In this document: positions 1 through 11,839 of the stretch, piece after piece
How positions within the stretch are numbered: the stretch's first letter is position 1
Layout of the letters: each line of letters starts with the position of its first letter
Assembly: GCA_964270895.1 (NCBI GenBank)
Contig: OZ185437.1
Origin: Podarcis filfolensis
Taxonomy: Eukaryota
Length of the DNA: 64,000 nucleotides
Strand: one strand, 5' to 3'
Translations under genes and position numbers: made by a program
The notes under the pieces: model-generated
What the model was told of the DNA's origin: nothing
The model's input: the letters and a program-made list of their open reading frames with translations, nothing else
Database searches by the model: none

Positions 1-306
1 GGGCTGCATGCTAGGCCAAAATGCTTGTTCATATCTCAGTTGATGGCGCTAATATATGATAATCTGAGTATGACTTTTAAAAACTGGTTCAGAGGTGAAC
101 CATTGCTTTAAAAGCTGGTTTGTAGGAATACATGACACCATTTATTTAAATGCAGTAATATCTAATTACGTGGTTTTTTATGTAAATGAAGTTTAAGCTA
201 GCTAAATATTTTACATCATCTACAGAAAAGATTAATATTTTGTTCAGTCTAAAAATACACAGAGTGAACATGTTTTAAAATGCACTTTCTATAATTTTCT
301 TTGCAG

Positions 307-419
307 GCGTTTACAAGAAAGAGGAGGCCCATTTGCTTTTGAAAGTCTATCAAATTAAAAATCCTAGAGAGGGTTCTGCAAGCAAGTTTGAAAATGACAA
401 ATGGGCCTTAGATGGCTAT
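307..419 (+). CDS. CSMD1: CSMD1 coding exon (4th from last; CDS continues upstream of the window)
   Basis: Acceptor ttttctttgcAG (305-306) and donor GTaagt (420). The 113 nt translate as (G)VYKKEEAHLLLKVYQIKNPREGSASKFENDKWALDGY, matching the membrane-proximal extracellular region of CSMD1 as recalled. Confidence 0.95.
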
Positions 420-1389
420 GTAAGTAAACACAGAAGATGTTTATGTGACTCAAATGTTGTCCCCACCTAGTAGAATATCTCTTCTCTCTCGTATATTTTT
501 ACATTTGTGGTGGTATGCATTTTGAAATGTATAAAACCCATCATTACTCCCTTGACTCCTTAAGAGAAGTATTTTTTGCACACATCTGCTTTATTGCATT
601 TAACATTGCCTTGTTCCCAAAGAATGAGACACAGAACAACTAAGATGGAAGATTTTGCTGGGCCAACTTTCTCATGGACTTTGGGATATTTTAAAATACT
701 GGAACAGAATATTAATTTCATTACGTGGTTTCCTTCCTTATGGAGGTCCTAATTTGAAGGCAGAAGTTTCTCGTTTTTCAAAAGTAATTATAATCTTCAC
801 TGAAGATTATTGTTGGAAGGAAAGCTATGAAATTGCAGAACTGCAATTTCCTAGAGTGTATTAACTATGTATCCGTTGTTCTTCCCGATTAAGAAATGTT
901 GTGTGTTTGAGGTTGGATCCAGTAACCAAGGTGTGCTTTCCCACTCACTGTAAACATTTCAGGAGCCCAGGTTGCTAACCAGATATGTATATGAGAGAAG
1001 GAAGAGGGACGATGAGGAAGCTTTCTCTCTGCACACACTGATGTGTGAAAGGAGGGTGCAAAATGAGAAGACAGCTTCACCATTGTGCCCATCTCCTCTC
1101 TGTCTTCCTCTCTGATGCAGAGAGTCATTGCTAGGCAAGACATGTTGCTCCTCCTTTTCCTTTGTCTGCGTAAGGATCCAGCACCAAAAACCACGATACC
1201 AAGAGGAAGCAAGTGGTAATGGGGAGAGAAGAGTTTCTTGACATGCCACTCTTGTGACCTATCACTTCATACAATTTTCTGAAAGCAGCATTTCAGCAAA
1301 ACTATACATGCATGTCTGAGCGTGTATGTACATTCTTCTAAATAGAGCCTCTTTTGCCAATGTAAACTGCAGCTGAGGGGGACCCATTC

Positions 1390-1860
1390 CAAATTCGGAC
1401 TGCAGCAGCTGGCCGTGGATTAAATTGTCTGTCTCCTCCTCACACCAGAGTCCTGATTAAACGGCTGCCAATTAGATACCAGGCGAAATTCATGGCATTG
1501 GTTTTGAGGTATAAAGTCCTATGGAGCTTGAGACTAGGATACCTGAATGATCATCTTGCCCCTTAAATGCACAACCATTGCATTCTGCATGTGAGATCCA
1601 CTCTGCACAATGTAAGAATTGTGCCTTTAGCATTGTAGCACCAACCCTTTGGAATACCCTCGCCATAATACTAGACAGGTGCCATCTCCACTGTCTTGAA
1701 GACTTGCCTTTAAACTGAGATCTTTCCTAGCCTGCCTCTGTTTTGGCATTGTTTTAAAGATGTTTTTATTGTTTCACCACTTGTTGTTTCTGCCCTGGAT
1801 TCCTTTGGGAGGAACGGCAAGACAAAAATATGATAAATATGATAAATAATAAATAAAATG
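1390..1860 (+). mobile_element. Degraded L2-clade LINE 3' fragment
   Basis: Decayed 'ggctgccaattagataccaggcgaaattcatggcattggttttgaggtataaagtcc' (WLP..R..F..L...YK motif), then a typical L2 tail (ccctggattcctttgggaggaacggc...ataaataataaataaaat). Confidence 0.6.
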
Positions 1861-2175
1861 GAGTTGCCAGTGTGAGATTTCCACTTCGGCACAGGCCAGA
1901 CAAGTTGGACTCATGGCAACCTGAGAGTGTGGCATCTAGCCAGCCAGGCCCCATGGTGGGGCTGGAGGTCTTACTCAAGACCCCTGGAACTCCTCATAAT
2001 CTATGGCTCCAGCCCAAGGCAATCCAAACTGGAGCCCCTAGCACTTGTCATTTGCTGTTTTCTCCCCCTACAACCAGTACAAAAATCAAGGAGGCGGCAA
2101 GAGGGCTAAAGAAAGCGTGTCTTGGGGAGCAGGTGGGTCACCTCTGAGAGTTGTATCTGACCCCATAGCCTAGAC

Positions 2176-2380
2176 CAGAACTTTCCAAAATGTGTGTTGC
2201 AACACATTAGTGTGCCAGCTGCAATGTGTGTGTGTGTTGCGTGAATGCTCCCCGTGCTCCTCCCGGAACTGGAAAGTGGTTAGTTTAACCTACCGTTTGC
2301 TAGTAAAACTGAAATACTGTGTCACAAATTATGCAGGTCTAAAAAATGTGTCATCAACATGAAAAATTTGGAAGGCTCTG
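2176..2380. mobile_element. hAT-family MITE
   Basis: TIRs CAGAACTTTCCA / TGGAAGGCTCTG; 8-bp flanks GCCTAGAC / GCCTAGGT (6/8 TSD). Confidence 0.7.
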
Positions 2381-2674
2381 GCCTAGGTGTTCCTCATCTC
2401 TTCCTTGGTAACTGCAGCATTCCTTTCAAGTATTTCAGAATTTGTAATCTAACAAACGCTACAAATGCAAAAGGGTCTTCATCATGATGTATAGTTTTAT
2501 GAGTCTCTTTGTTCAAATGAAAACCAGGATTTGTGTGTTATTAAAAATGTTTGGCTGTTTTAACTATTCTGATGATTTTGTTCCATTGGTGTATCAGTAA
2601 TCATGAAATGCAAACAAACAAAAAAGATGGTTCCATTGTCCACTCTTGATTTTAATGGTTTCTCTTTGTTCTAG

Positions 2675-2762
2675 GTGTCATCGGGACTCGACAGAGGTGT
2701 CTTCACATATCAAGGTGACATACACGGAAAAGATTTTGGAAGATTTATGCTCCAAAGACAAA
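2675..2762 (+). CDS. CSMD1: CSMD1 coding exon (3rd from last)
   Basis: Acceptor tctctttgttctAG and donor GTaaga (2763). Phase 0 start, in frame with the previous exon: VSSGLDRGVFTYQGDIHGKDFGRFMLQRQ. Confidence 0.96.
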
Positions 2763-3510
2763 GTAAGAATGCTGCTATAGCCCTAGATAGTGTCATATAG
2801 TCTATTATTGAATACTGATAACCTCAAATCACTGTGCCAACCATTGAAGTAAATAAAAGCATATTTATTGTATTCAATTACTACCACATCTTCTCAATTA
2901 GTTTAAATGTGCCATTAAATCTCTAATTCAACTATTTCATGCTGCCACTTCATTTTTGATGCAACAGCAACCTAATAAGATAACTGCAGGATGCTTCTAT
3001 GAAGACCATCAATGCAGAATGATGATTATAACAGTGCTTTAAATGGCTTTTACAACTTAGTCTTTAATATGTTCTGTGTTTAAATGACTTTGGTAGTCCT
3101 GGATTCTGCATGTATCTTCAGACTGTAAGGAAAAAGCCAGCTTGCGTTTTCCAAGGCTATTAAGGGATATTGTTACCATTTGTGGATCAGATTAAATTTG
3201 AATATTCTGAATCCTTTTTTCAAGCTTTGCCAGGAGATGGAGGTGATGATGATGACAGAATTTACATAGGGGGTTTGTGATGTTAGAATCTTCCTGTTGG
3301 AACCATGAGAACCCAATGGTCTGAGGAAAACAGCTGCATGCATTCATATAGGATTATATAGCTCAGCACTTATTTATAGATCTAGACATTTTATACACGT
3401 TTATTGCATTTAGAAAATACATTGCATTCATACAAGTACTTTTTAAAAATGTGCTTGTTTTGCCAGCCATACTTCTGCTGGATTTACATGCTTATACTTG
3501 CATCCCTTAA

Positions 3511-3705
<195 letters not shown>

Positions 3706-3949
3706 TGACATATTTAATTAAGTGCACAAACTTCTGCCTGTTGAGAGTAGAGAGAAGAGAAAGCTTTAACAAAGATTAACTGCTCAAATTTTACAAGGTA
3801 CAATTTGATAGCCCAAGCAGCAAAACAACAAGTAACATTTTGGTAGCTTCTAATGAAAATTGGTTGCAGATACAAACAAACACATGGGTGTGTGTTTAAG
3901 ACTTTTCTTTCATGGAAAAACAAAACAAAACATTGAGGTTAGCCTACAT

Positions 3950-4065
3950 CAGAAATGGCTACACTGTGGCCCTCCTGATGTTGTTAGACTACACATCCAG
4001 CAATCTCTGACCATTGTTCAAGTTGGGCTGATGGGAGTTGGAGTCCAACAACATTTGGAATAGCC
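3950..4065. mobile_element. Short hAT-type MITE (similar copies near 27960-28050, 39300-39440, 42110-42230)
   Basis: Shared 'gtggccctcc..atgttgtt.gactac...gctgatgggagtt..agtccaacaacat.tgga' pattern in several places in the window. Confidence 0.55.
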
Positions 4066-4474
4066 TACCTATTTTGCATTTTTGAAACAATACACAAGCA
4101 CAGCCATTTTTTTTTGAGTTTGTATGCAGTTCTCAAGCCAAGTAATGGGTACAAACTGCATATATTTGGCTAAGTGTGGATAAAAATCCATATATTAGTG
4201 AGAATAATATATTATTCTGTGAACTGCCCTGAGACCTCCGGGGTGTAGGGCAGTATATATATTCAATAAATAATAATATGAAAAATATATGTACATTTGC
4301 ATTGAAAAATGCATATATGAGGGAAAATTTACAAGCAAATGTAGATTTTCATGAGGATTTTTTTTTAAAATGCAAAATGATGTGGAGAGCTGCACTTATG
4401 ATCGGAAAAATTAGAAACTGAGAGAAACCAAAATGGACAGATTTGCCCAAGTCTAATCTGGTGAGCTACAGGTT

Positions 4475-4871
4475 GGGCTGGGCGATATCTTGTTTTCAGC
4501 AACTAAAACATTGTGATATACTGATATATCACAATGTTTGAAATTGCCCAGCCCTACTCCGTACCACTCTTGCTCACAGGAGGCAGAGCGGTAAGGGTGC
4601 TTGCTCTGCTGAGGGGCAGGTGGGGATGCTGGAGGGCTTGATCAGCTAAGAAGTGGGCTTCCTTAGCTGCCCACCTCTCTGCTGATCACTGCAATGTTAG
4701 CTGGCAATACACTGCAACTTCCTGGCTGCAGGCAGAGTGACTAGGTGAGGTGCACTGCGCTGGCATCGGCCAGGGAGGCACAATGTATTGCTGGCTGAAA
4801 AAGTCTGAAACTGGTATTGCGGTTTGACCATTATACCAGTTTCAGACAATTAATTGTAACATTGCCCAGCC
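4475..4871. mobile_element. Palindrome-rich non-autonomous DNA element (hAT-like GGGCTGGGCGAT termini)
   Basis: Left end GGGCTGGGCGAT; complementary ends ATTGCCCAGCC(C) at ~4554 and 4871; two perfect 15-bp internal inverted repeats. Confidence 0.5.
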
Positions 4872-7800
4872 ACAGGGTCACCAACCCTGGCTAGGACTGG
4901 GCAATGGGTATTGAAACATCGCCCAGGACCAGTAAGGGCCCAGAGCACAATGGTGGTTTTACCCGGGGTATATTGCAAGTGAAACGGCCTCTGTACCCAG
5001 CACGCTGAAGGAGAAATAAGCTGCAGTGGCAGAGGGACTCAGGAGCAGTGGCCGTTTCACTTGCAATATTCTTCTTCACCAGGTGAAACCACTGAGGGAT
5101 GTAGCTTGTTCCTCCCTTGGCTCATTTAAACGTCTGCATTGAGGGGTATGCGGCTGCCTGCCCCTCGGCAGAGAAGTGTAATGGAGCCCCTATCCAACCA
5201 CCAGATTGTGTGAGGCACAGATGAGGTGGGGGCTCTGTTAGACTTCTCCATTGAGAAGCAGGCAGCCACACGCCCCTCAATGGAGAAAGAGGTAGCTCAC
5301 CTGACCCACACGCACCCCGTGCCAAGGCAGTAGAGAATGAGGCAGGCACTGGCACAGCAGGGTAAAGGGACAGAGAAAGAGGCAGCCCCCAGGGAGCCAA
5401 AAAGCTGATCAAGCCCCCCCCCCTTTTTGGCTCATGTGGGGCTGGTGGAGTAGCTTTCTATGAGAAAGAGGCAGCACCACCCACTGCCGCCATCTTGGCA
5501 CAGGCAGGTTACCTCTTTCTCCCAGAAGAGACAACCCGCCCGTGTGAAGGCAAAGGCATCTACCACTGCCTGGCTACCTTTGCCTGGGAGGGGGAGCTGT
5601 GTGTTTCATCCTGGTCACCCCAGGAGGGAGCCTCACCTCAGTACCTTGTTGCCTCCATGCACCAGACTGCCTCTTTCCCCATGAGGGGCCAGGGTGAAAC
5701 CACCTCAGCTCTCCCAGTAGGAGTGGTGGCAATTTAAGCTGGGGTAAATGCATCTTGTTCCTCCCTCTTGTTTCAACATTCTGGTATATCGCCAGATCAC
5801 TATGTTGAAAAGCTGACATCACCTGGCCTCCATCGTATCATACAAAATATATGTAGCACGTTAACAGTGCAATCTTCTACTCAGAAATAATACATTTTGA
5901 GTTTACCTTACTCCAAGCCATAGGATTGTAGCCTAAGGTTTAATAAACAGTGGACACGAGACAGCCAAAAGTCAACACTTTCAAGGGAGATATTGAAGCA
6001 CATGCTTAATTTTTCCATTTAAATTTATGAGACTTGAAAGGACTTCTGCATTGTGCCTTACATGTGCTGCCCCCTTCCCAGTGCCTTATGAATGTTAGAA
6101 TTCATAGATAAACAGACCCTACGGGTACATGCTGAGTGAGCTTATGGGAGTGCTGCTAGAGTTGGTCTAACTTGAGAATTGGGTATATAAAACAATTTCT
6201 GTCTGAGAAGATAGATTAATTTTAAATATGCATAACTCTTAAAAAGTACCAGAAGTAACGGATCTTGAATGTCCTAAACTACAACCCTGTTAAGAGTCAA
6301 AATAACCTTCAGCAAAAGGATCATTTTTATGCCTTACAAAATTAAGAATGTGTGTAGTAGTTTTGAGTCAGCTGCTCCTGTCCTTGGGAGGAAGCTTGAA
6401 TGCAAAGGGTGCTGCTGCATGTGTAGGTTGCTAACCTGACCATCCTCATCTAGGAACCAGGGCTGACTGCTACAGCACTTTACTGCAACTTTAAGCTATA
6501 GTCCCAGCTCAGAGGCCAAGACTTTTTAGCTTAGAAAAACGATGCACGTTTAGTTTCTGCTAGCCACGCCTGCATTCTCCACAACCTCTGAGGCCTTAAG
6601 TATCAGGTGTGCAAATTTATACACACAACGCTTCTTTTCAGCTGGAACTCAGTGGAATGGCATTCCAGCACGTTTCAGCTGGGCCCTGGAAATGAGGGGA
6701 GAGACCTAACCAGACTCAGCAAAGGCCCACTGAACCTCCAGCTCTTGAGAAGACCCAATCTGAAGGGAACATCCTCTATTAGCTCTAGAGATGGTCTCTT
6801 TGCGAGCCAGGGACACAACAGGGCCTCCCAGCTGCCACACGGGAACCCACCACCACTGCGCCAACAATTTAACAAAGCCACCCACTTCTTTCTTCCATGA
6901 GGAAGAGACAGCCTGCCCACCTGGTGGCAGAATGTATGCTATCGCTGCCTGGGGCAGGGCGCAAAGGGAGCCTGCTGCAGCTTGCCTTGTAAAGCAGCAC
7001 AGGGGACACGAAAACGCCACGGTCCAGGCAGGGAACCTGCTGCCGACTCTACTCTTGCTCTCCATCCCCAGGTCAGGCTTGACCCGGAAGTGGAGCTGCA
7101 GCATTGGGCTGTCACATGAGGAAGCTGTCTCTGTAGCCCCCCTGTTGGGCTGCTGCCGCCGCCACTACCACCTTTGCACGCATGGGTGGGGAGGGCAGGG
7201 TGACAGAGGTAGGCTTCCTCTGGCTCACAAGGAGACCCCCTACCCCAAATATATCCTCTGTGGGTTCTGGAGTGGATCTTTTGAGGGAGGCGTGTTCCAG
7301 CACCTTTCGGTCTGGAAAAAACACTGGATATAAACGACAGCAGCCCTTCTTAGTCAAATAGCCAGACTTGGAGAGAAAGTCAACATCGTGCTATTGCAAC
7401 ATCCCTTTTCTCTCCCCACCCCTGGCTGTTCCAGGGGCTTTCTTCACCCCCCCCAAAAGGACCCAGGGCACTCATGAAAGTCCTTATGCAGGGCTTTCTC
7501 TGACAGAATGAATTAGTTGACTCCTTCCCTTGGTAAACAACCCTATAGGACAACACAAACACAGCTAGGATATAGTCTTCTATAGGCTTACCTGGGGGGA
7601 GTAAGTTCTGTTTATCTCAGAGGGGCTGTTTCTATTTTTTTAAAAAAAAGGTTTAAAAATTCTCTAATTTTTGTCATAGCATTTACTTTGATGGAATATC
7701 TATATTAATTCAGTTCAATCTTCTAACTTCAGATAAAATGAGTGTTTTTTGAGGGATTATATTTTAGGTTCTTTTTAATTATATAATTACATTCATAAAA

Positions 7801-8070
7801 AATTAATACTAAATTTAGGGTAGAAGAGTCTTATATATCACTACTGTTTTAATCCTTTCTTTTCAGCTCAGCATACGTTTTGAGTTCCATGTTGAAATTT
7901 GAGTAATTGAACAAAAGCAAATAGTTTTAAAATCAAATATTTCTCTATTGTTGTTGTGTGTTGTCTGATACAGGGCATTAAACAGCTACTAGTTTGTTTT
8001 GGCTCACCTCTAAAAATAAAATGTTTCCATTTTGCTTACATTTGTCTATTATTCACAATACTGTCTAATA

Positions 8071-8266
8071 TGGGCAAACCCCACCCCCCATTTACATGGG
8101 GGTTACATTCTGAGGCACCACGTACATCAGTGAAATTGCGTATATATGAAACATTACTGAAAAAGCCTGTGAATTCTGTCCATTTCTGTGACGTTTTTGG
8201 GTCACTTCCGGGTTTGGCACAATGTGTGTATATGCTTACCGAAAGCATGTAAATGGGGTGTTGCCT
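8071..8266. mobile_element. Tc1/mariner (Tigger-like) MITE, related to 27579-27792
   Basis: Inverted ends ggcaa..ccccatttacatg / catgtaaatgggg..ttgcc; internal cacttccgggt is shared in reverse with the 27.6 kb copy. Confidence 0.5.
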
Positions 8267-8428
8267 ACATAGCTTTAATAGGGATTTTGAACAATATTTT
8301 TATATTTTGCCCAAATACAGTAGGGCATCAAAAAACAAAACAAAAAACTTTACATACCTCTTCATGATCAAGTTTTTTTCAGTACATATCTGGGTATCTG
8401 AAATGAGAATTTAAAAAACTAATGAATA

Positions 8429-8670
8429 CAGTGGTACCTCAGGTTACATACGCTTCAGGTTACAGACGCTTCAGGTTACAGACTCCGTTAACCCAGAAAT
8501 AGTACCTCGGGTTAAGAACTTTGCTTCAGGATGAGAACAGAAATCATGTGGCGGTGGCGCAGCAGCAGTGGGAGGCCCCATTAGCTAACGTGGTACCACA
8601 GGTTAAGAACAGTTTCAGGTTGAGAATGGACCTCCAGAACGAATTAAGTTCTTAACCTGAGATACCACTG
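8429..8670. mobile_element. Tigger-like MITE (TA TSD)
   Basis: TA|CAGTGGTACCTC ... GAGATACCACTG|TA; second copy at 25299-25524. Confidence 0.85.
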
Positions 8671-8847
8671 TATAACAGATTAAAACATGTTCTTACTAAA
8701 GATTTGTAGAATGACCGCAGCAGTCATGTAGAGCTGTTACTGAAGCATGAGAGTGTGGTAAAATGCTATGTACACACAGCTTCATACAAGGAGGGCTTTC
8801 CTAATCCCCTCTAAAAGGAAATGCATAGTTTATGGTCCTAATGGGAT

Positions 8848-8900
8848 GAGTTCTAGAACTACCCAAGAATTCTAGAACTACCCAAGAGTTCTAGAACTAC
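8848..8900. repeat. 19-bp tandem repeat x2.8 with palindromic core AGTTCTAGAACT
   Basis: GAGTTCTAGAACTACCCAA GAATTCTAGAACTACCCAA GAGTTCTAGAACTAC read directly. Confidence 0.9.
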
Positions 8901-9241
8901 TAGGGGGCAGGGGCAAACCTTCCAGTTTCAGTCCCTTACACCTTGTCCGGTACAACCAGATGGGAAGGGGCTTTGGGAGAATTGTGAAGCGCTGCTCCTG
9001 GAATGGAGAAACTGAAAAGCAAAGCATGAATGGAGCAGTCACTCCTGCCAGTCTGAATCCTGGCCCTGAGCAGTTGCTCAAATAAACAGGGAATCGAGCT
9101 CCATGTCTTCATCTGCCCCCACGGCCACTCTAGAACTATTTGATTGCAGTTCTGACCATAGGATTGCAACCCATTTCCTTCAGTCAGCCCACTACAATCT
9201 CAAGAAACTTTGAAATTATTTGCATTATATTAATGAAAAGA

Positions 9242-9606
9242 GGGGGGACGCGGGTGGTGCTGTGGGTAAAACATCAGCGCCTAGGGCTTGCCGATCGCAT
9301 GGTTGGCGGTTTGAATCCCCGCGGCGGGGTGAGCTCCCGTCTTTCGGTCCCAGCTCCTGCCCACCTAGCAGTTCGAAAGCACCCCTAAGTGCAAGTAGAT
9401 AAATAGGTACCGCTTTATAGCGGGAAGGTAAACGGCATTTCCGTGTGCTGCGCTGGTGCTGGCTCGCCAGAGCAGCTTCGTCACGCTGGCCACGTGACCC
9501 GGAAGTGTCTCTGGACAGCGCTGGCCCCCGGCCTCTTAAGCGAGATGGGCACACAACCCTAGAGTTGGACACGACTGGCCCGTACGGGCAGGGGTACCTT
9601 TACCTT
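9242..9606 (+). mobile_element. Sauria (Squam1-type) SINE, subfamily B
   Basis: tRNA-like head GGGACGCGGGTGG...GGTTTGAATCCCC; (ACCTTT)n tail; TSD TAATGAAAAGA (9231-9241, 9607-9617). Confidence 0.92.
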
Positions 9607-10112
9607 TAATGAAAAGAATGACAGTAAACCCTGCTGCTAAAATTCAGAAACATTGCAGCTATTTGTGGCTATTGAAACCAATTTTTAAAAATGACCAAAA
9701 AGGGAAAAGATTTTTAAGAACTCGAAAGAAAACATTCAGAACCTACCAGGAAGCAATTCCCATCTGTTCCATTCCACTTTTGGCAGCATCTACTACTGTA
9801 TTGCTTGAAGTGTTTATTTCACTTAAAGTTGGGATTAATGATTAAATCTAGCAGAGAAATGAAGGTATTTTTGCCCTACAGTATAGCAGACTGAATAGCA
9901 GACTGCAATAAAAGGAATAGATTTTTTCCCCTGTATTACTAGTAGGAAATGTTATGAATTAAGTGATAATGAGCTTTCATCTTTTCCCTGCCATGGTTTT
10001 TGCATGTTTTCTTCACAAGAAACAAGACACATAAATTGTGAAGTTGGTGACAACACTTTCCAAGAGAAAAAACTACCTATGTACCTTTGTAGTAGTGGAG
10101 AATGCCAAATTA

Positions 10113-10341
10113 CAGTGGCCCCTCTGGATACAAATTTAATTCATTCTGGAGGTCCGTGCGCACCCTGAAAAATCTGTATCCAGAGGCACTGTTTCTGCGC
10201 ACACGCACGGCGCAATAGAACGCATGCACGCAGAGCGCTTCTGCACATGTGCGAGCAGCAAAACCCAGAAATTCCAGGTTTGCCACTTTCGCAACCCGAA
10301 GTTTACATTACTTGAGAGTAACGTAACCTGAGGGTCTACTG
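10113..10341. mobile_element. Tigger-like MITE (TA TSD)
   Basis: TA|CAGTGGCCCCTC ... GAGGGTCTACTG|TA; related copy at 18420-18642. Confidence 0.75.
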
Positions 10342-10740
10342 TACATGCTTCATCATGTTTCTCTTTGGTCCCTGTCTCTTCCTCTCCCCTTCCCCCCTCC
10401 TCTCTCTTGCACACAGTGGGTGGTGGGTGTGGAGACATGGTAGTTGGTTCCCTATAGTGCTACCCTATGCCACTGGCGAGTCTGTACGAAGGAAGCAATC
10501 CCCTGGTCTTCCATTCCATCTTCAGAGTACTCCTATGCCACTGTCCAGTAAAGAGTGTAGCAACTGCAGATAATAAAAAGATAGAAACAATAAAACTACA
10601 ATTAGATAAAAGTATCAAAACAATTCATATCTAAATATTAAGATATTAAAGCAATATCTTAAGAAATTCAGCAGAGCAGATAAAAAAAATACAATCTAAA
10701 CAGATTATGCAACCAAAACTGTGTTGCATAATTTGAAGTG

Positions 10741-11340
10741 TGTAAGGTGATTTGACTAGTCTGCTCACCTCTCTTGGTGTGTCGGCGTTGCTGGACAGAA
10801 GAGGCTTCACAGGGGCCCCAACAGTGGAATTCAAACGGCAGTGCCCTTCTTGATAGGCGGTGGGGGCATACCCTGCACCCTGCATTGGCGAATGGGGATG
10901 CAGGCTAGACGTGGGCGGAGCCAGGGCAGAGCCAATGGAATCAACAATGGGCTTCCCTCGGATCCGCCCCCTGCCCTTTGAAGCAGCCCACACCTGGGGC
11001 ACAGGCTGTTTGTTCCTGTGCCGGGTTTTCCTGCTTCTTTGTAGGATCAGGACCAGAGTTTGCTGTGTTGCTGTGGGAGCTCTGTTTTGCTCCCTGCTGC
11101 ACTAGGCTTTTGCCTTTGGCTCTAGCAAGCCTCATTTGATGTAAGTCTTAAGAACTCCCACCTGGATTGACAATTCATCACTTCCGGCAGGCCGGAAGTA
11201 TTTAGATTGCCCAATGCCCAAGCCAAACCTCTTTCATTTGTATTCAATAAAGTTGTGGCCTGTTTTTATCCAAAACCCAGTCTGATTGGTCTCTTATTTA
11301 TATGGGTTGGGGTATGGGAAGTCCGATGCCTTGTCCTGCA
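10741..11340 (+). mobile_element. Solo LTR (600 bp) in the last CSMD1 intron, sense orientation
   Basis: TG...CA termini (TGTAAGG / TCCTGCA); flanks AGTG/AGTA (3/4 TSD); GC box 10913, CCAAT 10932, AATAAA 11246 followed by a GT-rich tract. Confidence 0.7.
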
Positions 11341-11839
11341 AGTAGTGTTCCAGATTACATTTAATCTGGCAAAGGCAGATTAGGGGGTTTGCTTTAAAAT
11401 ATGGACATATTTCTTCTCCAACTCTACTCACAGCTATTGCAGTGTTTTAAACAAGCTCATGTCCTTCAGGTAAATAAGTACCAGGTCCTAAGCTGTTCTT
11501 TCCTTAGTGGGAGAAAGAGTACCTGTTTTCAGGTGAAAACAGACCCATAGAACTGGCCTAAAACGGAGACTAGTGATGTGGGAAGCCGCGCTCATGGAGT
11601 TTGGATACATGTGAAACAAGTCTACAGCTTTTACTTTTTTTGATGCTTTGGTAACTGATAACTCCGTGTTCTCTGGGCTTACTAGTGAGGCAAACTGCCA
11701 ACCATTTTAAGCAGCAGGCACTTCTGGGAGCTTAATAGTGTTTAGACGTCAGGATCTTTATAAATTGCTTTAGTTGTACCATGTTATTTACAATGGCTGA
11801 GGCTCTGATTTTTATCCTCCTCTCTCCTCCCCACTCCAG

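Noticed and set aside
6791-7333. 180-aa ORF, the longest in the track
   Set aside because: No recognisable domain; lies in a GC-rich intronic stretch with overlapping ORFs on both strands, as expected by chance.
11781-11839. ORF-track start MLFTMAEALIFILLSPPHS upstream of the CSMD1 tail
   Set aside because: This is intronic sequence: the polypyrimidine tract plus AG at 11838-11839 is the true acceptor, and the phase matches the previous exon.
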